DNA of 64,000 nucleotides from Macrostomum lignano (taxonomy: Eukaryota), in assembly GCA_002269645.1 (NCBI GenBank), contig NIVC01000660.1:425507-489506 (forward strand). Direction: 5' to 3'. The number at the start of each line of letters is the position of its first letter. Within the stretch, counting starts at the first letter, position 1. The notes beneath the pieces are model-generated. The model worked only from the letters and a program-made list of their open reading frames with translations. It made no database searches and had not been told where the DNA came from. The translations under genes and the position numbers were made by a program. This document shows positions 39,518 to 50,609 of this stretch, piece after piece.

Positions 39518-40250
39518 CTCGCTTGTCAACAGTCGAATATTTCTCAGCTAACACAGAGCCTCGAGAATAGCGGGGCGGGCCACAATGAATCAATTGTGAA
39601 TTTCAGAAAATTCTGCAATAGAAATTTACATATATTGAATTTGCAGCTTGATATAAACAATAGCGCCAAGCGTAGTTGACTAACGTAACTCCCGGCTGCA
39701 TGTCTTCGATTGTGGCTAGAATGAGTGTGTTTAAACAAATCAGTGCAGCATTTTATTGCAATACAAAAGTTGTTAAACACTGAACAAATTGATATCATTT
39801 TTGTTCTTGGAAAGTTTTTTTCCACAAGTCACAAAATATCGCTGCTGTAGTAACAAATTTCAAGATCAAGATCATCGGTGGCATATTATTATTATTATTA
39901 TTATTGTTAAACAGACGCTGGCTCAGGTGGCATATGGTTTTGTCATAGACAATGAGAGATTGTGTCTATGGTTTTGTGAGGTAGAAAATGTTTTGTTTTC
40001 ACGAGTGGCAAAGCACCTCTTAGTCAAAAATCACATTATAGCTACTATATTTGAGTCACGCTCGCTCGCACATGTGAAACGGCACCAAAATACTCACGAA
40101 ATTAGTTTTATAAAATCACAGTAATATGCCTGCTGTTATCAATTGGAAAATCTGCCAGTGAAGTCACTGAATTGTGCAATAATGGCCTGTTTTGACTCGC
40201 ATTGTGTCTGGATCAAATTCTTTACAATGGGACAGCTAGAACTGACTCAC

Positions 40251-40574
40251 GAAACGGCCGGCACTTGCTCTCCCAGTTGACCAGCGAGGTGTCCATCAGT
40301 GGCGAGACCAGCCGCGCGGGGTACAGCAGCACGGGCTCCTTGGCCTGGCAGGAGGCGGGGCCCGCAGAGCAGTTCAGCCACATCCGGTACAGTCCGGTCA
40401 GGAAGTCCGGCCCGGTCGTCAGGCGGGCGTGCGCCAGCATCGGCATGCCGAGCATCCGGTCGATGGCCAGCTGAAAGAACGGATGGCAGGCCCGAGCCCA
40501 TCATCGAGTTCATGGCGCAGTAGGCTCTCCTGGACTGGAGGCTGCGTGAACAAGCGGCTGAACGGCTTGCGGCA
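40251..40574 (-). pseudogene. Inverted, internally deleted fragment of glycosyltransferase exon 2
   Basis: Paralogue of 31571-31982 with about 90 bp deleted between agg microhomologies near 40522. Confidence 0.85.
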
Positions 40575-41302
40575 AACTGCTCATGTGTAATTGTGTAATA
40601 CTTGTACGTATGGATTGATGACTAAAAACTCAGCTAGATCCGCCGTGTAACATCGCAACACGTCGGTACATGCAAGGCCCGTTGCAAACTGCTCCATTGT
40701 TGAAGCATCCCAAAATTCAGGCTACACGTCCAAACTATAACTGCGAAGCGAGTCTTCTAAAGTAAGAGTTTCAAATTTAGTGCCGAATTCTACGAGTAGA
40801 GTGGAAATTATGTTCTTGATGAAGCGATGCATAAATGCTGTGGACAATGCTCGAAAACAGCAGAGCAGGGACTGTGCATTAGGAATGTACATTCATGAGA
40901 CCCGCCCCTGAGACGAAGTATAATTATAAAGCCCTGAAAAGCTCTGGAGCTGGTCGCCTGCAGTGGAGGGTGTGCGACAGTGGGAGGCATACGAGCTAAA
41001 AAGAAACTGCTTGAGATACTCGTAGACCTGCTCCTAGCAAGCAGACTGGCTCGAATTCGTTAACAGAATCACTTATAGCAACTTGAGATGGATGCAACAG
41101 CTTTAAGATTTAATTTGCAAAAGCACAAGCTTCTCCTGACTTGTCTTGTCTGTTTGGTAAGCTTGTTTTCATCCACGTTTTTCGCTGGTTAGATTTCTGC
41201 ATCAAGAGTTTCTAAAGAAAAAATCACGACTAATTGCAGAAACTACTGCTGGTTGTGATAGTTGGACTAAAATTTATGAATTCTCAAAACTGGACTAAGC
41301 AG

Positions 41303-44300
41303 ATTGCGCAGCTAACCAAAGCTTCCGTCCCGTCGAAGATACTTCACGACGTGTTCAAGAGCACCGGGCATCAAGCTGATCCAGTGACTACTAACCCAGT
41401 CACGCCGGTCAGTTCATTCATCAACTACACAGGAATTTCTGGCATCCCGAAGATACTTCACTACGTGTTCAAGAGCGAACAGGTGTTTGACTCCTACAAG
41501 CCGTTCATCAAGAGCTGCCTTGACCAGAACCCGGACTGGCAGGTGCTGTTTTGGAGCGACTCGCACAGCGAGAAGCTGATCGCCGATCACTATGCCCGAT
41601 TCATTCACAAGTACCGCAGCTACCGAGACAGGCTGGAAAAGTCCGACTCTGTTCGGTACATGATTCTGCACAAGTTCGGCGGTGAGCCGTTTGTGTCTCT
41701 ATAAAGTTGTCGCTGTGGCAGCGTAGGCTCACAACATTGAAATTTCACAGCATCGATAAAGCCAATTGGCGGTGCCGTTCATGACGTCGTAAAAATTCCA
41801 TTCACCTTTCGTGTAAATTTCACATGATTGAAGCTCCATCCATTATTGTCCAGGTATTAACCCTTAATTAAATCCAATCATCAAAATTTACACAATCCTA
41901 CACACGTAGTGACGTAAGCTTTGTTTTGCTGTATCTTACATGTATAAATGCTCACTAGCAATGAGCTCGTCGAGACTAAAGGACCCGGAAGCGAGATGTT
42001 GCAGACTCAGAAAAAGACAATGCTTTGTTGCTATGGCAAAGATACTGTTGAACTTTTGAGTCTGCAGTCTTCAAACGGGTCATCATAGGCGGGTCGCTAA
42101 GATCAGCTCACTCTCTACCTGTGCAATCCGACATTGTCGCTCACATGCCGCAGGCGTCTACCTGGACATGGACGTCGAATGCCGCAAGCCGTTCAGCCGC
42201 TTGTTCACGCAGCCTCCAGTCCAGGAGAGCCTCGCGGTCGCCTCGGCCACTGCGGCGCCCTCGGCCTTCCTGGGCGAGGAGCGACGCGAGCAGACGCGCA
42301 TTCTGTACGGCTACTCCTACTGCGCCATGAACTCGATGATGGGCTCGAGGCCCGGCCATCCGTTCTTTCAGCTGGCCATCGACCGGATGCTCGGCATGCC
42401 GATGCTGGCGCACGCCCGCCTGACGACCGGGCCGGACTTCCTGACCGGACTGTACCGGATGTGGCTGAACTGCTCTGCGGGCCCCGCCTCCTGCCAGGCC
42501 AAGGAGCCCGTGCTGCTGTACCCTGCGCGGCTGGTCTCGCCACTTATGGACACCTCGCTGGTCAACTGGGAGAGCAAGTGCCGGCCGTTCTGTGAGTATT
42601 GTGGTGCCGTTTCACATGTGCGAGCGAGCATGCCTCAAATGCATGCTGTATCTGTGTACCTTAGTCTATGGGTCTGAGTCTAAGTTGCGAATATTGTAAA
42701 TAAAGCACACGACGTATCAACCGATCGATTCTCAGTTTGGGCGTCTTTTTATCACTTTTTACCACAATCGTTTATTGTGGTTGGATTTTGGACGAACTAG
42801 CTTAACAATCTGATTGACATTAGTTTCGGCAACTGTATGATTCAGCGCCTGATCCACAGCCAGAGATGCCCTATACAAACTGCGATCACGACGCCTCGAT
42901 AAATAGCGCTGCAGTTTAAGAAAAGTTGGCAACTGATTTGTCTAGATTCAAATGTGTTCACAGAGAAACATTATGAATATGATGGGCAAAAGCACAGATC
43001 AAACTACCTACCGTATGAAGCGGTTGGTGTACACCTTACTAAGGCCGCCTGCTTTCTCACTGACTTTCTTCATAAACTCAAGAAGATAGCGAAAGCCTCT
43101 AGCAGCTTTTCTCGGAGAATCTATAGCGATTCGCTGTATCTTGACTGTCTAATGACCTGGGGCAAGAATGACGTGCAAATCAAGTCGAACTCGCCGGATG
43201 TTACTCCTGATGTCTCACCATTCGGTATAGCTCCGTAGTTAAATAGAGGAGGCAGAACTTCTGCCACTGTAGTTGGCTCTGCGTCAGCCATGGCGATTTC
43301 GTTTGCGTAAATGAAAGATCCAAGCAATCAAATCTGCTGTCTTTCTACTCAGCTCTCTTGGTTTCTGTCTCATTCTTTATGGGCTCAAAAACTACAGTGC
43401 ATATTAATGTCGATGTGGGCCATAGACTAAAATTTATTTACACCCACACCCCTATGCTCACTTTTCCCCCTCTTCGACTACTTCCGACGTCAACTAATGC
43501 CATAGACGAAAGCGCATAGGAAATTTTTCTACTGGCATGGCATTACCACGCTCGCACTATCGCGCTCGCTCGCACTCAAAAATAGTATTTTGACCTTTGC
43601 TTTTGCCCATCATATTCATAATGTTTCTCTGTGAACAAATTTGCATCTAGACTAATCAGTTGCCAACTTTTCTTAAACTGCAAAGTAAGTAGAGTGTGCG
43701 ACCTGGATGCCTGTGGCCAGACTATCCAGGAGATCTTGCTCATCACTGGGCAAAAGTGTGAGCGAACTGTTAAGCGCTATTTATCGAGGCGTCGTGATCG
43801 CAGTTTGTATAGGGCATCTCTGGCTGTGGATCAGGCGCTGAATCATACAGTTTCCGAAACTAATGAGATTGTTAAGATTGCTCGTCAAAACTCAAACCAC
43901 AATAAGCGAGGCTACGTTGGAGGAATGTGCGGATGTTTATCAAGAGCCTGTCCAGACCGACGGCGCACTACGTGTGCAGGCTGCTCCGTCAAAGAAGATG
44001 AAAGTGGCCATTGGCGGCAGTCGCAATCTGATGGATATTCTTTTTGAGTGACGTGTAGGCCTATGTAGGCCTGGTATTAACTGATTAACATACGATTTCT
44101 TTCTTGAAAAGTTTTTGATGTTTTTCTAACATCAAGAAAATAAATTTTCCTTTTGTTATTGTTTAAATTGCCGTTGCGTGTTTATGTCCAAAATGACATT
44201 AACACGCATCCCACGCGCGTGTTATTGTCACCAAAAGTGTATAGCAATGATCTTCAAATTGCTATACAATGCAGCCGAAACGCGTCCAAAAAAATCAACG

Positions 44301-44765
44301 TTGATAGCGTCATTCATCTTTCTACTGCTTTTGAAGAGAGCTTCTCTTCCTCAGGTTTATGTTGTTTTGTGCATAAATTGCCTCAGTCTCAAGTGTAACA
44401 GATTCTAGGGACTCTAAAGAGTGCTAGCGCAGTTGGGATCAAGACTCGTTCTGTTTCGAGCGTATTTTCATTTAGTTTTTGTCTTCACCTGTACGAAGCT
44501 TTCAATGTTTTAACTCGAGCAATAAACGCAACTCATTTCAGTCTCGAAGGGAAAGCCGGATGCCAAGCTGGAGGGTAGGAGAAAATGGGAGGCCATGGGC
44601 TGCTCTCAGCTGGTTGCCAACGGGTGGAACTACGATCAGACTGACGATACAACGGTTGCTGTGCACCGGTTTCTGCACCTCGGCTACGGGAATCAAGGAT
44701 TAAATAATAGGAAATTTAACCTTTTTACCGAATTCCCTAGGATTAAGACTCACTATTCCACTTAG
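41303..44765 (+). CDS. GT32 glycosyltransferase copy C (chimeric 5' end, different intron 1)
   Basis: Exons ~41303-41681, 42154-42591 and 44542-44765 are in frame with no internal stop. Confidence 0.65.
42800..44220. mobile_element. Tyrosine-recombinase (Crypton-like) relic in an inverted-repeat arrangement
   Basis: Minus 43148-43012 reads ...LLEFMKKVSEKAGGLSKVYTNRFIR followed by the donor gtaggtag. Plus 43685-43780 reads VSRVCDLDACGQTIQEILLITGQKCERTVKRY. Together they have the HxxR and GHx8Y spacing of integrase box II, but with R and Q in the His positions. Confidence 0.65.
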
Positions 44766-46226
44766 TGTAACTCAGAGGATTGAAATCGCCTTTTATCAGA
44801 TTGAATGCCAACAAGGCCATAAAGTAAAGCCAATTTCTATAAGCTTTATCTTTATGGTTATTTCGCCACTCTTTATGTTTGCATACTCGATTATATTTGG
44901 TTTAGCTGACATTACTTGACATTTTGTAGCAGTAGTATAACTTTTGTCGTGCTAAGTGGAACAGTGGGCATGCCAAACGGAACGGCCCATAGAGAGTTCT
45001 ATGGCCTAACGATTGAATGAAATCGAGAAAGCAAGGCCATAGACAAGTCGATTTGGCATGCTTTATGGAACGATTAAATAAAATTCAAGACTGGCTTTTC
45101 ATTGTCTATGGCCCAAAATGGGGTCTGTGAAGTAACAATTGGAGTTTTCTTTACAGAGAGACTAAAATTCAGACATTAATGAAGCCTATTTCAAGTCACA
45201 ATCACAAATAGAAAGCATCAAAATTGACAAAAGATCAACATTTAAGACTCAATGGCTCTCTGGGATCTCCACGTTACGGTGGCGGTAGTTTGCTAGGTGC
45301 CCTGGAATCTTCGCTTCGTTTGTTTACCTCTTTGGATTACCGAATGCACCAACCAGAACTCCGAAAAATTGCAATGCAAACCGTAACGTCCGGACCCTTC
45401 CTAGGTTGACACTGTGCGCTCACCGTGCGCCTACCGGCGCTCGCGTGTTATACCAATATCATGCACCCCGACTGCAGAAGAATATACCATTAGCGAATGC
45501 CGAAGTGACCCATCCAGGATATAGAGAATCTGTGATATGAACAGTGACAACGTTAACCATACATAGCGATATCATAGATCCGATGATATGGTTAATGATA
45601 TGATGTACATATTTGGAATATGCTTAATTTTTAGTAGTTTTAGAATGACTACAGCTGCATACATGATACCTCGATCGTGCCAATCCCATGCTTTTGTCTT
45701 ATTAATTCCACGTCAGCTTTATTTACCTTGAGTTTTAGAGCAACCCTTTACCCTATATCTGTGCTGTGTAAAAAAGTATTGAAAATTTAATATAAAAAGT
45801 CCAAAGCATCGCATGTTAAACGTTGGAATTCTTTTCAACAAAAAAAGTTTAGTCTGCAAATGTGAGCTGCTATGCAATCTAAGATGCACATTTTCTGTAA
45901 TTTATATTTCATTTGAATTATCAATAGTTGTACGCTCATAAATCTTGTGATTCTTGGTATTTAGAGACATCCAGAAATAGTCAATTTAGAGAATCTGTAA
46001 AAATTGCAGTCTGCAGACTTTTGCAACATCTGCGGGGTCAGAGTGGATCAGAAGCGACAATCGTAGGGTAGAGATGCTGGCATTTTATTTGATTTTTAAC
46101 TTTTGATTGATGATGCATGCAGCTGGCATGCTGGATTTCAATCAATTTTCGATCTGGGATGCCGAATGGCTCTGTGATTCTGGCACTTAATAAATCAAGT
46201 TGCACCGTTGCTGGTGTACTCGCTTG

Positions 46227-46630
46227 CAGGGGCGTCGCCATGGATTTTATGGTGGGGGACAAAGCCAAGAATTCAACATGTACATGACTGAAATGACTAA
46301 ATTCCTACATGTCTTTTGTTTTGAGAATCGGTGTTGTCAGCGCTCATTTTAGCGCCGCAGGCACTCATTTTGGCGCTGCAGGCACTCATTTTAGCTTCGC
46401 AGGAACTATTTTTAGCCCCACAAACACTCATTTTAGCGCCGCAGGCACTCATTTTGGCGCTGCAGGCACTCATTTTAGCGCCGCAGGCACTCATTTTGGC
46501 GCTGCAGGCACTCATTTTGGCGCTGCAGGCACTCATTTTAGCACCACAGGCACTCATTTTAGCGCCGCAGGCACTCATTTTAGAGCCGCAGGCACTCATT
46601 TTGGCGCAAAAGGCACTCATTTTGGAGCCA
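46227..46630 (+). mobile_element. hAT-type MITE, third paralogue, truncated inside the VNTR
   Basis: Left TIR and TSD are present. The array stops abruptly at the LINE tail. Confidence 0.85.
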
Positions 46631-47850
46631 CTTGACTTACTTGACTTAGCTGCAGGGGGCGTCCGGCGGATGCAGCGAGGAGGCGGAGGGGACCGCCCAT
46701 TCCGCTAGCCCCTGGCGACCAATGACTTCCGTCGAAGTGATGTCGCTCCGGGGGATCCGTCGGTCTCGCCTGCAGCGCGGTCCTCCTCACCGGCGGTGGG
46801 GAAGAAATCAGCTCGTCCCGTGTCCCTGAGGTACCGGGCGAGCGGCAGGATGCTCTCGGGCCTGCAAACGTCGGAAAGAACCAGGTTTGTCCCGAGGGGA
46901 GTGAGCCTGGCCCTGGTGAAAACCGGGCAGTGGCAGATAAAGTGCTCGGCGTTTTCACTGCCTGAGCGGCAGAAAGGGCACCGCTCCTCGGGTACTTGGC
47001 CCTGAAGGAAGCGGTGGCGAGAGAAGCAGCCATGCCCGGAGAGGGCCATGCTAACTGCTCTGAGGTCTCTGCGGTTGAGCCTGAGGAGGGCTCTGCGCAG
47101 GAGAGGAGAGAGGAAGGGGGACGGCAGCACGGGATTGCCTGCAATTCCAGGTGTCATGCCACCTGCGGAGATGCTCGGAGTCAGTCCAGCGCTTAACACG
47201 GGAACTGATCACCGAGGCGGGGATGGGGGCTCCCGGGCCCGGCCCCAGCAGCGCGCGGCGGAGCCAGCCTTAGCCAGCATGTCGGCTCGCTCGTTGCCGA
47301 GGAAACCGGTGTGGCCCGGGATCCATCTGAGCTCAAACTGGTTGCCTAGCGCAAGCCCGTTGAGCTGGGTGTTGCAGTCCAGGACGGCAGGAGGCTGCGG
47401 CAGAGGGCTCGAAGGGCTGCTTGGCTGTCAGAGTGAAAAATAAATTTCCGACCGCTGAGCTGCCTTCGGCGCAGCTCTGCCGCGCAGGAGCTGATAGCAA
47501 GCACCTCGCTCTGAAAAACACTGGAGTTGAGCCCAGTGTGCTGGGAGTAGCTCCACACCACTTCTCACTTGAAGAAGACGCAAGCTCCGAAGCCTGAAAG
47601 ACCTACTCGTCTCCAAGACCACAAAGTCTGAAGCGTCTGCGCTTCGTCATAGAGCCGTCACTGTAACAGTGGACTTTAGAATCGCTCCAGCTGTCACTCG
47701 CCAGGAGAAGGGTGGCTGGGATCGAGTCCGTGAGGATACTGAGCCCGCCACACTCCTCGAGAGCTATGAGGCAGAGGTCAGAGTGCGGGATAAGTGTAGT
47801 GCACGCGCCCTTGTCGGTTGGCAGGGCGCGTTGCACTTTGGGGCTGGCTA
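46631..47850 (-). mobile_element. 5'-truncated non-LTR retrotransposon with RNase H and C-terminal CCHC finger (R1/LOA/I-group-like), frameshifted
   Basis: RNase H motifs YSDGS, SVFQSEVLAI, FHSDSQAAL and WIPGHTGFLGNERAD. Zinc finger CPFCRSGSENAEHFICHC. 3' tail (taagtcaag)2. Confidence 0.85.
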
Positions 47851-48799
47851 GGGGGGTGGGGTTGGCGGGCGTGGCAGGGTCTGGACGGCGGCCGGGCTTT
47901 GCGCGTGCCCCTCCCCAGCCGTGCCCCTGCCCCGTGCTCAGGGCTGGTTGGCTGCGGCCGGGCCAGCTTTGGTGCAGGTGCGGCCCCTCCCTCCTAGGCG
48001 GGGTTTTGATTGGCCGGCCGGCGCGGCCAGTCTATTTTTTTGGGTAGTTTGTTTGTTTTGTTGGGCTTAGCCGGTCTGCCCCAGGGTTTGGGTGCTATTT
48101 ATGGTGCGACTCTGGGTTTTCCCACGCCCTGCATGCCTTTTGTGTTTTGGTGTTCTCCGAGATAGCAAGCGCGAGACTTGTCTTGAGTAAGAAACAGCGA
48201 CATTAGCTACCTACGATAAGCCTAGAGAGCCGAGAGCCCAATTGAGAAGTCAGTCTTTGAAAAGAGTCTTTGAGAATTGCTAAGAAATTAGAAGCCGCGC
48301 TTGAGACCTACGAGCCAATCAACAAACGTGCGAACCTGCGCTTGAGACCTACGAGCAATAAACGTACGAACGGCAATTTGGCCACTGGTAAGCCGCCTGC
48401 TGCTTGAGTTCATTCTTTAGGGAGTAGGGAATAGGGAGAACTGTTCGTCAATCTGTCTTGTTGCTTTTGCCAATCTCAGCTTAGTTATTATTGAAAGGGT
48501 GCAATTGTACGTTTCCAGTTTCCAGGTTTCAGAGAGGTATTGCGCGCGAATTAAGGCGATCGACAGCCGACCCGCAGCTAAAGAAGAGGCAAGCAGTCCC
48601 TGCCCATTTTGCTGACCCTGACAACACACGCTCACGCAGGGTGTGACAGCGGTCCGGACTTTCTACACTCCACACTGTGTGTGTGTGTGTGTGAACTGGT
48701 AGTCGGCCAACTTGCAAATCAACTCCGATTGCAGAGGCATAACTCGCAAATTTTAATTGAAGGGGCCGCGACTCTGACGGGCGCCAATATCTTGTGCAG

Positions 48800-49630
48800 T
48801 GGTTGGCGCCCCTGTCTCTTGGTGGGCGCCCCTGTCTCTTGGTGGGCGTCCCTGTCTCTTGGTGGGCGCCCCTGTCTCTTGGTGGGCGCCCCTGTCTCTT
48901 GGTGGGTGCCCCTGTCTCTTGGTGGGTGCCCCTGTCTCTTGGTGGGTGCCCCTGTCTCTTGGTGGGCGCCCCTGTCTCTTGGTGGGCGCCCCTTTCTCTT
49001 GGTGAGGGCCCTTTTCTCTTGGTGGGTGCCCCTGTCACTTGGTGGGCGCCCCTTTCTCTTGGTGAGGGCCCTTTTCTCTTGGTGGGTGCCCCTGCCTCTT
49101 GGTGGGCGCCCCTGTCTCTTGGTGGGCGTCCCCTGTCTCTTGGTGGGCGTCCCCTGTCTCTTGGTGGGTGCCCCTCTCTTGGTGGGTGCCCGTCTCTTGG
49201 TGGGTGCCCGTCTCTTAGTGGGTGCCCGTCTCTTGGTGAGCGCCCTTTTCTCTTAGTGAGCGCCCCTTTCTCTTGGTGAGGGCCCCTGTCTCTTGGTGAG
49301 CGCCCCTGTCTCTTGGTGAGGGCCCTTTTCTCTTGGTGGGTGCCCCTGTCTCTTGGTGGGCGCCCCTGTCTCTTGGTGGGTGCCCCTGTCTCTTGGTGGG
49401 TGCCCCTGTCTTTTGGTGGGCGTCCCTGTCTCTTGGTGGGCGCCCCTTTCTGTTGGTCGGCGCCCCTGTCTTTTGGTTGGCGCCTCTGTTTTTGTTGGCG
49501 CCACTGTCTCTTGGTTGGCGCCTCTCTCTTGGTTGGCGCCCCTTTCTCTTGGTGGGCGCCCCTTTCTCTTGGTGGGCGCCCTTTTTGTTGGGGGGGGGGG
49601 CGCCCCTTTCTGTTGGTGGGCGCCCCTACC
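48800..49630. repeat. 20-bp minisatellite (ggtgggcgcccctgtctctt)
   Basis: About 40 units, degenerating towards the right. Confidence 0.9.
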
Positions 49631-50609
49631 TCTGTCTCCTAGTCCGGTGGATGCCAGGTTCAGAGGTGGCAAAAGTTGAGCTGCTGTCAATAGTCGAGCT
49701 GATTAAAATGCATACTATCTATAGCTTGGTACTTCGCATTTTCAAGTCTGCAGATCCAAAATGTTTTTGAATCACAAAGCCAATTCAAGCGTAGTATCCT
49801 GGATCACAAATAAAAGATATGACAGTCTGACAAAGAAAACAAAGGCAAATAATTGTTTTTTAAAATAAACCCGACGAATAGGAAACTTGCGGAACCAGTG
49901 ACGTCATGTTGTAATTGTTATTTTATCGGAAAAATAACCAACCGCTTGCTACGATAGGAGATAAGAGAGGCAGACCAATCAGTATAAAGGCGAAAAAATG
50001 CGTTAAAATAAACATTAGAAAAATATTTTATATGGCTAATTACGGTAGATGCTACATGCTAGTACATGGTGATAAAATAATTAGAAACATTGAATACAGA
50101 ATGGGGAAATTTGCATGATTTCAAATTAGACTTGAAAAATGGGTGTCAAAAAGTAGTGATAACACTTTTGCCCATAGATGTTTAAAGTCTGCCAGAAGTT
50201 TATCTTTTATAATTTTACAAAAGTACCCGTATTTGTTCTGTAGTCTATGGTTAAAGCTTCCATCGTACTTTAAATTTGAATTATTCGATTTTATATATCT
50301 GAATTTCTATATTTTGGGTCGATTTCGATTATAACTCGTTTATTAGCTGAAGGGTTTCTTAGTAAGCACGAAATGCAGTAAATGATGCAATATTTATTAA
50401 AAAGATTATTATTTTTTATTTATAAAAAAGCAGACAATGTGACAGTTACGATGTCATTGCGAATTAATAAACACAAGTGTAAATTGCAATATGAAATCAA
50501 AACCGGCCAATCCCGATGACTCACTGCAGACAAATCTGGAAAGGAAAGGTATAAAGGAAATAGACTTAATATTATTCATATTAATATTATCCAATCGGAA
50601 TTCAAATTT

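Larger units (their letters stand above)
16809..46630. repeat. Tandem segmental triplication: unit 1 16809-32764, unit 2 32765-41357, unit 3 41358-46630 (truncated)
   Basis: Collinear near-identical blocks with the same MITE at the same TSD. Units differ by VNTR copy number and by private insertions and deletions. Confidence 0.9.

Noticed and set aside
48529-49770. Overlapping Trp/Leu/Gly-rich ORFs
   Set aside because: Artefacts of the 20-bp minisatellite.
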